Source of the DNA: Eukaryota sp. TZLM1-RC
Lineage: Eukaryota; Protista; Metamonada: BaSk clade
NCBI GenBank assembly: GCA_040285825.1
Contig: JAUPSS010000001.1
Coordinates: 2,790,001 to 2,854,000, forward strand
DNA length: 64,000 nucleotides
Reading direction: 5' to 3'
The stretch's first letter is position 1; the number at the start of each line of letters is the position of its first letter. The notes under the pieces were generated by a model. It did not search any database. It saw only the letters and a program-made list of their open reading frames with translations, and was not told where the DNA came from. Positions 10,994-20,270 of this stretch are shown here, in pieces. Made by a program: the position numbers and the translations under genes.

Positions 10994-12117
10994 ATGTCAG
11001 GTATCACCGTTAGTAACCCTCTTCATGGTACTGTTTATCCTCAAGTCACTGTAGTTCCTACCTCCGACATCAATAGACCTGATTACTCCTCACAGTCCAA
11101 GGAAAACAATGTCAAAGAAATTGTTCGATATGCCCTAATTGCTTTTATTGCTGTCGCTGTGTTAGGTGTTGTTGTTGTTCTATCTATTCTTTTTATTCAG
11201 AATGGTGGCAACAGTTCTGCCGATGAACCTCCTACTCCTGATGATGAAGGGCCCTACATGCAACATCGATTTTCAGCTGATGTGTTACAGATTGATGAAT
11301 GGGGAGAAACACCTATGGGGAAAGTCTATGTAGATTTTTCCACAAGCTCTCTCTTGTTGAACTCTGAGCTTTGCGCCAACGATATCGAGGTCAACACGGA
11401 TTCTTGTCTTTCAATGGAATCAAATTGTGGATCTTCTGGAAAAGTCAATGATTTGAAAGTGCACAGTTCTGCTACATTTTCTGAAGAAAAAGAAGTTAAC
11501 GGTGTAACATGCAAGGTCTATTCTAGGTCATCTTGGGTAACTCAGTCATGGTGCATTACTGATGAAGGCTGGTTGTTGGAATATATTGCAGATTTTATCG
11601 GCTTGTCATCCACTATACGCTTAAAAAATCACAAACAAATCAATGATGATGAGCCCAAGTTGTCAATGTCATATTATTGTTCATCTGCTCCAGTTGCAAC
11701 CATGCCAGCCACTTGGTCTGCCGAAGCCGAAAGTGGTGCTATTCATGCTTATGATTATTTGTCTCATGCAGTATTACGTTCCAAAGAATTTCTTTTGTTT
11801 CTTGGGAGAAGTATGATTTAACTCCAGGTTCAGATTGTCAGATCGAAGAAACCTCATGTCTGCAATATTTGTATAACATGCATGATTTAATAGATGCAGA
11901 TGTCAAAGAACAACTTACTCTAGATGATGGAACTCAGTGCATTGAGCTTGAACTTTCTTCTTCTTGGCCACCCAAAAAATATTGTGTTGATAAGGATACT
12001 GGTTTTGTTCACCAGATCTGTCCTGATGATGAGTCTTGCATTCGTTATTTCAACCATCAGACTGTGTCTCCGTCATCCAACTATTTTCACGCTCATCACC
12101 AATGTAGTTTAGTTTAG
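10994..12117 (+). CDS. Type II membrane protein with two tandem Cys-containing ectodomain repeats (ependymin/LolA-like fold suspected); frame break near 11800
   Basis: N-terminal TM helix. Internal repeat GVTCKVY..WCITDEG..IRLKNH..YYCS versus GTQCIEL..YCVDKDTG..IRYFNH..HQCS. Confidence 0.5.
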
Positions 12118-12799
12118 GTGATAATTGTTTAGATAATTGTTTTTTTTGTAAAATCGTCTTTTATCAACTTTAGATCTTTAAGATGTGTCAGTTCCATTGA
12201 ACAACAATTGAATGAAGCAAAGATGATCCGGAATGATGTACACCACAATGATTCAGTAAATCAGAAAGTACCCTGTCATTTGGTATTTCGTTCTCCTTTA
12301 TTGATCTACTCTCAGTTAATCAAAATTATGAAGTGAATTGTTTTTCAAAACTAAATAACCGTCTTAGATCTAAAATAAAGATGATATGATGCATTTTATG
12401 GATTATGTTATTATTATAGATTTCTTTACAGACATATTTATTCACTACAGTTAACTGAATGAAAGTGAGTTTTTAATCTCATCTTCTCTTTCACTCCAGT
12501 ATTTAACAACACATTTGTTGAGAGTCAATATCAAGAGCCCATAGAGCCGTCAATTTCATTGCTATCAATTGTTTTCAACTGGTTACCACCCAGTGAATGT
12601 ATTTTAGAGGTTGAAAATTCCAGAGCATGGATGAGAGAGAAGTATCCTATTGTGAATTGATAAGATGCCAGTGTGATGTTTGTAGAGAAGATTGTCACGG
12701 AAATGGAATCGTAAAAAGTTAGCATGTATCAACATCCAGGCGGTTGTAGATTATTTTGTAGAAGATAATGATGGCGAATGACCTCCATTTTTATTTATT

Positions 12800-14390
12800 A
12801 GAAAACTTATAAATCAACATCTAAATAATCCATCTCTCCCAAAACAAAACAACTAGATGCAACTCTCTCATAGTGAGATACAAGAGAAAGTAATGCATCA
12901 GAAAGCATCTTCAACATCCCCTTAAAATTAGAAAACGCAATTCGATTTTGCCAAAACAATCTGTTGAAATTTTTCTTAGTTCTATTCTTTACAATCATTT
13001 CAAAATCTGCCAAAAACGTATACCTCCATTTTTGGTTTTGTTTTAATTTAAGTAGTTCTATTACATATTAGTACATGAAATCTGTAGTATTTTTGCATTT
13101 TTTAGATTTGACAGAAAAAGAATCGGTTACTAAATATCATGGACTATTCGCTTGTAGTAATGGGTGATGTAGAGTCAATAGTTCGACAAAGCTTTTGGAT
13201 AGAGATAAGCTGTCATGCCAATTGCTGAACCCAAAATTAGTGGTAATTCCTTCAGCTCCGAAGCGTAATTGTATTTGCTTCTTAAGGAATTTCGAAAACT
13301 TTCAGCTAGTTTTTAGTTATCTTATGGGAAAAATTCAAAATTTAATTTTTGACTCCTCTACTCTTGAATCTCCTTCTAGTGTAATACAGGGCGACCATCT
13401 TGATCCTTTACTTTTTGGTTTGGATATTCGCAATATTATTGAATCTACGAAGAAACTTTTCCTGCATACGTATTGTGGCTTACATAGATAATATTTCATT
13501 AATCGGTTCTTTTTGAAAGCATTTGTAATGTTTCTGAACGTATTACCGACAAACTCAAAGAAATTGGATTAGCTTTGAAATTTCTGGTTTGCTGGCTTGG
13601 TAAGTTGGATGAAATTGATTCCCAATTAAACAAATTATATGAGAATTTTGATAAGGATCTAAGTTTGATTGCTGATTGAGTTATGTAAAAACATATCAAA
13701 TTAGTTATTCCGGAAAATTTACTCACATTTTAAGCCATAGTTCCGCCGCGACGTCTCTTAATTTTTGCAGATCTTTCAACAAAGTTCGGGTCAAATTCTG
13801 TTCTCCTTTACTAGAAGTCAATTAATCTATCATTCCTAAGCATCTTTTTTATTTTGTTGAAATGGGTATATTTGACTTTACAAAATCTTCTTTTGTGTAA
13901 AACAGCATTTTTAGGACAGGAAAAATATTTTTTTAATTTTTCCAATTGTTCCCTTCTGATGTTGATCTCATCAATAGTGAAACTAATTTTTACTTGAATC
14001 ATTACCAATCAGAATTAGATAATATGCTAGGTGATATTTGGAATCAGTGTTTTTCCAAAATGTTCAAGAAATTTCCAATCGAACACTCCCCAATTTACAT
14101 CTGCTTGAAAAAAGCTTCAGTGTTATCTTTTAAAATTGTCTGAAAGCTTGGATTATGAAGAATGACTTGGCTTGACCTTCAGTAAAAATCCCGCTTTTGG
14201 AAATAAAATTAAAAATATTTGAAATATTTCTGCTGCTGCTTTAGTTACCTAAATTTCATCTACTTATTCGCTTCTCTCAAGGGGCAATGAATGGCTTTTC
14301 AACATACGTTTTCATTGCTTTTTGTGGTCATACAATTTGCCTCGTCTTAGTGGGGAAAATTCCAAATTGTTAAATAGGCGAAACCTTTTT
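12800..14390. pseudogene. Degenerate CRE-like non-LTR fragments (minus strand 12800-13020, plus strand about 13150-14390)
   Basis: FNRLFWQNRI...DVDL terminus, IQGDHLDPLLF RT motif and similarity to 44681-46541. Confidence 0.7.
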
Positions 14391-15394
14391 CTTCTGTTAA
14401 TAAAATTTCTAATACCCATTATATTCTATATCCCTTTGTTTTTTCTTTGCTTGGTTCTTCAGGCAAGGATGCATTGGTATTCCTTAAAAATACAATACGT
14501 TCTGCGTAGTTGTAAAGGAAAGTAGTGGAAGAATTTTGAATCATGTTTATTGGCAAAATAGAATTGTGTTTTCAATAATTGAATGGAAAAATTGATTCCT
14601 GATTCACTATCTTCATTTGGTTGATTTTCAGAATCTTTAGCAATCAACTGTTTCGATATTGGAGGGACAGGTTTTGAAGACGCGGAGATGTGGTTGTGCG
14701 CATTTGGTATTTATAATTCTACTCGTTGTACATTAAAAGAATTAGAACAAAAAGTGGTAATGAAAGACCTCAGTATCTGTAGAGTAGATGGTATTTTCAA
14801 CTATTCCGTTCGAAATTGATCGTGTATTTTAAAGGAATTTCCCCAAGTATAAGCGAAAGTGTGGGATTGTTTAGAAGAGTTTAATGAAGGTTATCCTTAA
14901 GGTATCAGTATCAAAAAAGATAGCATTATGTATATCGAAATATATGGGAACCAGTTAATCTAGCTTTCGAGCTTGAACAAAACCATTAACCAAAAGTAAA
15001 GTCACTTCGCACCCTTTTAGTAGGTTTTGATCGAGTTCCTAACTGAAATCTGCGAACAACATAATAATAGTTGCTGCTGCTTCGCAATTGCAAATGCCTT
15101 CCAACATTAATAAGCAAACGCGCCTTTACCAGTCTGGGCAATTTTTGCCCACTCAAGCACGAGAAGAGACTCACTTAGATCGTGTTCCAAAGGGAAAGAA
15201 CATTGTATGTGATTATTCAGGTCATGTTCTGGGTGAATTCCAAAGAGAAGACAACAAGGACAAGGTCACACAAAAACAACTTCGACCAAAGTACAAAACA
15301 AGGCAAGCTACAAGAAGATCCGCCTTGTAGATTTAATTAACAAATCAAAAAACTTTTTATTTCAATAAACAAAGCTGTACAAATATGGCAATAA

Positions 15395-16318
15395 TTATGC
15401 TAAACCACTACAATCTTGAACTGTACCATCCTCATCATTACCTCTTGTCTTATTTAGCAACCCATTTGCATCAGCAAATTGCTGAAAGTTCTTGAGAAAA
15501 GGAAAGGCCTGGTGAGAAAGAGCTGTATCAGGCTGTGCAGGTTCCGTTTGAATAAAAGCCATCAATTGTGCGTGGTACTTATCCTCCACGTGGGCTAGAG
15601 GAGATTGTTCGTAAGCAACATTGAGAGTTTCAGCCATTTCAGCAGGCTGCAAAACCTCACCAACGAGTTCGATAATGTTATTCCTAAACGATGTTGAAAC
15701 AGTTGGTTCTATGCAACACTGAGCCAGAGCAGCTCCTACATCATTGATGGAAACCCAGGGTACATTAGTGTGTGGATGGAATGGTAAAGATAACTTGTTG
15801 TGAGAAAGAGTGGTATCTAACAACAAATGGTCGAAAAAAACGGCTGGCCGCAAAAGACAACAACGTTCAAACTTCAACTTTTTTGTGCGTAGGCAATCCT
15901 CTAGGTTGTATTTAGTTTTGAGAGGAAGGACACCTTTAGCAGCTCCTGCACTGATCCAAGAAGAGAACACAAAGTTCTTGATATTACTGGAATTGGTAGC
16001 TAGATTGATAATCTCTTGTCCAATCTCGTTCTCTTTTGCACATCCATCTTCAATGGTTTCACCGTAGTGAAGAGGATTTTGGATTAAAACAACAGTGTCC
16101 ATGTCATTCATTGCGTTACGCAGTGCAGAGGGGTCCGTGATATCAGCAACATAACACTCTATTTTGTCTTTATGGTGCTGTTGAATTTCGTGTAGGATTG
16201 GAGTAACAACTGAGCAGTATGCTCTAACTTTTGCGACTCTTTCTCCACAGTTCAGCAAACATCTGACACAGGAAGTGCCTTGGCGACCAGTTGAACCAAA
16301 TACAAGAATTCGTGACAT
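15395..16318 (-). CDS. NmrA-like NAD(P)-binding Rossmann protein
   Basis: ILVFGSTGRQG, FVFSS, LRPAVFFD, WVSINDVG. Confidence 0.85.
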   Translation of the reverse strand: MSRILVFGSTGRQGTSCVRCLLNCGERVAKVRAYCSVVTPILHEIQQHHKDKIECYVADITDPSALRNAMNDMDTVVLIQNPLHYGETIEDGCAKENEIGQEIINLATNSSNIKNFVFSSWISAGAAKGVLPLKTKYNLEDCLRTKKLKFERCCLLRPAVFFDHLLLDTTLSHNKLSLPFHPHTNVPWVSINDVGAALAQCCIEPTVSTSFRNNIIELVGEVLQPAEMAETLNVAYEQSPLAHVEDKYHAQLMAFIQTEPAQPDTALSHQAFPFLKNFQQFADANGLLNKTRGNDEDGTVQDCSGLA

Positions 16319-16539
16319 GTGAGAACAGACAGGGAGTATATAAGAGTTTAAGTCATCCCCAGTTTACAGTCAATCATTGACAAACTAATAACGAGGTGAC
16401 ATCTCATCACCTTTGATTTATCAAACAGTTGCAGCATCTACTCAAACAGACCTCCAACTTCTTTCAACTGCCACCATTGATGTTGGTGAGGACAGATTGT
16501 GAGAAATGCGGTTTTTGTCTTAACTTCAGAACTCATAAC

Positions 16540-16847
16540 TAATGAGACTACATTCATTGAACCAAGATTTCCTCTACAAAATCTTGATCTGCTTGTTGTC
16601 TAGCTAAAGCTTCTCTAATTCGATTGAAAAACCGAGCCATCATTTTTTAGGAATGAAACATTGCTTCGATTTGTGATAAAATTGGATGAATGGCCAGACA
16701 AAACAAACGAGGTCCCAAGGGATCTCCTTGCTTAACACCACATGATGATTTCAAAATAGAATCAGCAAAAAGCAAATCAGAATTTGTAAAACATGTTGTT
16801 TGAAAATAGGGCAACAATTCTGGCAAGTAATTCTACAAAGCGCCATG
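16540..16847 (-). pseudogene. CRE-like RT remnant split by LTR element A; continues at 24037 to about 24500
   Basis: GVKQGDPLGPRLFCLAIH on the left flank. Joined flanks align with 58430-58660. Confidence 0.75.
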
Positions 16848-17003
16848 TGTTGGCGCCCTAAGGCTTATATAATATGAATAGAAAATAAATCAGACTTTTC
16901 TTTACTACAATAGACTTTAGGCAACAATAATTATTGGCCATTTTAAAGTCAAAAGGTATACCATAACTTCAGCATTAGCGAACATCTTCAGACACTTTAC
17001 AGC

Positions 17004-18329
17004 ATGTCAGACATCTCCCAACCAGATATCTCTGACTCTAATCCACCACTTAATATGCAGCAGGTACCAGCATCACATACACATGATATAGAGGGCAACG
17101 AGGCAACGGACCCGGATCCCACCTCCCCCTCCCTTAATGTAGAAGAAGATGAAAGAGTGGACGAGGTCCCTCCATCTTCAACAACAGAAGAGGTAACGAG
17201 AACGGACCCGGCTCCCTCTCCCCTCAGGAAAAAAGTAACAGATGAGGTTACGAGAACGGACCCGGCTCCCTCTCCCCTCAGGAAAAAAGTAACAGATGAG
17301 GTTACGAGAACGGACCCGGCTCCCTCTCCCCTCAAAGAAATGGAAGAGGCAACGAGAACGGACCCGGCTCCCTCTCCCCTCCCAATTCTAGAACCTGTCT
17401 CAAAGGGAACGGATGGAGATCCCACCTTAGACACGTCTTCCCCATTAGGAGAATATGAAGAAATTCAATCTCAACTAGATGAAATGGAGGGAGAAGACGA
17501 CTCTTCTGAGGGGTTCTACAAGTTATTAAGAGAGGACGCGGAGGCTTACCTCGAACCAACAGATTTCTGTCTGTTCGAGCAACTTCCCCCTTTATGGAGT
17601 TACGTTCAAAAAAGAGGCAGAAACGTTGATTTCCAGACCCTCGGAATGATTGGGGATACCCAAAAGGTATTGGAAATTCCCCTCAATGAAAGGAATGAAC
17701 TCATAAAGGCACTCGATAAATTGAGTAGAGAGACATTCGGGCGTAACGCAGAACGCCGCCCCAGAATCTCTGGAATGGACAAGAGAATCAATGAATTGAT
17801 GTCTCTTCCCATCAAAGATAGATTGGATTGGAAGGCCTCCTTCCTAGATCAATACGGCAGGAGAATAAGGTTTCTCTCCATCGAACAGAGAAGTAGGACC
17901 GACTCGGAAGACATCCTACAATCCAAATTGCCTGCCTGGTTTGATCCTAACTTTGATACGGAAATCCATAATTACACGGAGCTGACAGAGGGTGCTCCCA
18001 CATATTTTAGGGAATTTATGGAGCAGGAGGATAGTAGTGAACAAGACAAGCTTGAACCAGTAACCCCCTGGTTTGATGCAGACGCTCTAAATAACATTCA
18101 TACGGAACGATCAGCTGTATCCACGTATAGGAGCCGTCCTAACAACTACACCCAACAACATGGTAACTCGTTCACAAAACAACGAGAGTTTAGACAATGG
18201 GTAACGGGAGATCCATCCACATCTCTCCACCTTCCCAAACTGCCTGTTGTAGCCCCTATAATTTCTGAAAAAGCCAACCAATACAGGTCTGCTCTATCGA
18301 CAGCATACCCGATCATGTTCCAACAGTGA
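17004..18329 (+). CDS. Element A ORF1: acidic/Pro-rich protein upstream of gag, function unknown
   Basis: 441-aa ORF starting 77 nt after the 5' LTR. Homologous fragments occur in elements B and C. Confidence 0.75.
   Translation: MSDISQPDISDSNPPLNMQQVPASHTHDIEGNEATDPDPTSPSLNVEEDERVDEVPPSSTTEEVTRTDPAPSPLRKKVTDEVTRTDPAPSPLRKKVTDEVTRTDPAPSPLKEMEEATRTDPAPSPLPILEPVSKGTDGDPTLDTSSPLGEYEEIQSQLDEMEGEDDSSEGFYKLLREDAEAYLEPTDFCLFEQLPPLWSYVQKRGRNVDFQTLGMIGDTQKVLEIPLNERNELIKALDKLSRETFGRNAERRPRISGMDKRINELMSLPIKDRLDWKASFLDQYGRRIRFLSIEQRSRTDSEDILQSKLPAWFDPNFDTEIHNYTELTEGAPTYFREFMEQEDSSEQDKLEPVTPWFDADALNNIHTERSAVSTYRSRPNNYTQQHGNSFTKQREFRQWVTGDPSTSLHLPKLPVVAPIISEKANQYRSALSTAYPIMFQQ
17189..17385 (+). repeat. 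Coding tandem repeat, about 54-bp unit (EVTRTDPAPSPLRKKVTD), 4 copies
   Basis: Repeated acgagaacggacccggctccctctcccctc. Related units at 33350-33590 on the minus strand. Confidence 0.9.
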
Positions 18330-20167
18330 ACGTCCCGGAACCTGTAACAAGACAAGACGTTGCACCTCAGGAAGAACCAACTTCCTCTCAACCCATGGAA
18401 AGTGAAATTGGAGAAGACATTGAGTTGAACGGGCCAGTCGTTGGAGAAACGGCTCCTCCTCAACCCTCAGTAAGAGACTCTTCTTCCGATAGACCTATGC
18501 GTATTGAGGACCTACAATCCTCAAGAAGAGCTATTGACATGAGCATAGCTAGTAGCCTTCATAGACAGATTGATCCACGGTCTAAGGATATCGACTATAA
18601 AAGACCTCGATTATCCGCTGATGACCCTATTAACAAAATGTCTATCATAGCTTTTCTTTTAAAATATCAAACTTGGGATAAATACGGGCGAAAGATAGCT
18701 AATAGAAGCTTCGAAGCCCCAGGTCAATCAGATTGGACCAGAGCCTTTATGATAGCTACCCAGCTATTTGGAGAAGGCCAAGCAGAAATAACCCAAGATA
18801 GGATTAAAGATCTCCCCAAACATATACGCGACGAGATCACCAGGGATACAACACAGCCTTTGGTAAGGATTGATCCAGCTATAACAGATAAGCTCGGACC
18901 CCCAATCCACCATTATGATTTATTTAGGAGCATGATGATGAGCACTTGCCCCACAGGAATATCCAGCATGATCGACCCTAGCCTTCTATCTAGATGGCAG
19001 AGTCAAGGTTTACTCGGTGTTGATTATACCGACGCCGACGTCATGGTATTTCTGTTAAAAAGAACGCAATTCACATCATATCATGAGGCTTGTACAGCTC
19101 TAATGAAGCCTAGAATAAATTGGAGGAAAATCCACAATAGGCATGAGGCTGACAACGAGTTTGGTCGTTATGTAGAAGATTTTGGAGACGTCTTGAGAAT
19201 GACCACCTACATGACCGACCTAACCATCCCCGATTTAATTAGAGGAAGCAGTGGGTTGATAACCATATCTCCCGCTCTAATAGCCGAGTACTTCCTTATG
19301 GGTCTGGATAACTTTGCTATATCAAGCGAACTCCTCCCAGTATGGACTAGGGAATCCTTGTGGGACTCACCGAACAAAACAACTCTACTCGATTTGATAT
19401 CGACAACGAGAAGACATTTCCTCGCTTGGTGTTACACAGCAGGAAACAAGCCCACAATGGATGTACTAAGGAACAGGGCTAACGAAGAAGATATTCCTTT
19501 GGGACTCACGGCAATGAGAACTTACTCAAGAGGAGTAACACCATCAGCCCAGGCTCCAACAAAACGAGCAAGACGATCAGGTGGAAAGTCAAGAGGAACC
19601 CCTCAACACAAATACATCCCTGAAAAGCATGAACGAGAAGGGTCAAAATTCTGTACATTCTGCAGCAACGTCGAAGGTAACAATCCTGTTGGCCACACTG
19701 TATTCGAATGCAAAGATCCTCGTTGTGCTAGAAGCAGAGTTCCCAAAGAAGAAAGATTCAGATTAGGAGAACAGGAGGCGCCTGCTAGTAGAGGCAGTGT
19801 AGAAAGGGGCCGAGGTGGCCGTGGTAGACGTGTACATAGATTCAAATTTAGAGGCCGTGGAGGCCGTTATAGAGGTCATAAAGGAAGAGGTCAGTACAGA
19901 CCTATACATAACATAAACACAACAGAGGACATATCATCAAACGCATCCCCTACTGAGTCAAAACCGACCCGTTCGAGTACGGTTCCTCACAGACGGATCA
20001 ACAACAGCAACCGGAACAGCAGGACAGGCAACTTTCCTAATCGGGTACATATCAACGCAATCAATCACAACCAATCAACAACCGATTTAGGAAACCCAGT
20101 CAACAACTTTCCAACAGCTCAACAAAATCTTTTTAATTCCTCTACAAATTCACCAAACCAGCTCTGA
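18326..20167 (+). CDS. gag: Element A gag-like ORF
   Basis: Zinc-knuckle-like CTFC..GH..EC..C followed by an RG-rich nucleocapsid tail. Start codon uncertain (GTG 18326 or ATG 18395). Confidence 0.75.
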   Translation: MNVPEPVTRQDVAPQEEPTSSQPMESEIGEDIELNGPVVGETAPPQPSVRDSSSDRPMRIEDLQSSRRAIDMSIASSLHRQIDPRSKDIDYKRPRLSADDPINKMSIIAFLLKYQTWDKYGRKIANRSFEAPGQSDWTRAFMIATQLFGEGQAEITQDRIKDLPKHIRDEITRDTTQPLVRIDPAITDKLGPPIHHYDLFRSMMMSTCPTGISSMIDPSLLSRWQSQGLLGVDYTDADVMVFLLKRTQFTSYHEACTALMKPRINWRKIHNRHEADNEFGRYVEDFGDVLRMTTYMTDLTIPDLIRGSSGLITISPALIAEYFLMGLDNFAISSELLPVWTRESLWDSPNKTTLLDLISTTRRHFLAWCYTAGNKPTMDVLRNRANEEDIPLGLTAMRTYSRGVTPSAQAPTKRARRSGGKSRGTPQHKYIPEKHEREGSKFCTFCSNVEGNNPVGHTVFECKDPRCARSRVPKEERFRLGEQEAPASRGSVERGRGGRGRRVHRFKFRGRGGRYRGHKGRGQYRPIHNINTTEDISSNASPTESKPTRSSTVPHRRINNSNRNSRTGNFPNRVHINAINHNQSTTDLGNPVNNFPTAQQNLFNSSTNSPNQL

Positions 20168-20270
20168 TATCAATAGCATTTTTGATATTAATTCTACGGT
20201 TAGTGAAAACCACGTCAGGTCCCAGCGTTCTCCATTTCTAAGACTGGAGATATCAATAAATGATATTAAA

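Noticed and set aside
14400-15330. Short ORFs with a degenerate zinc-knuckle-like CDYSGH
   Set aside because: Many stops and no assignable family; probably decayed TE sequence.
16851-16858. TGGCGCCC resembles the tRNA-Lys PBS of retroviruses
   Set aside because: It lies inside the LTR's U3 end (present in both LTRs), not after the 5' LTR, and does not extend to GAACAGGGAC.
17189-17385. Regular repeats resembling a CRISPR array
   Set aside because: In-frame coding repeats with near-identical intervening sequence, in a eukaryotic retrotransposon with no cas genes.
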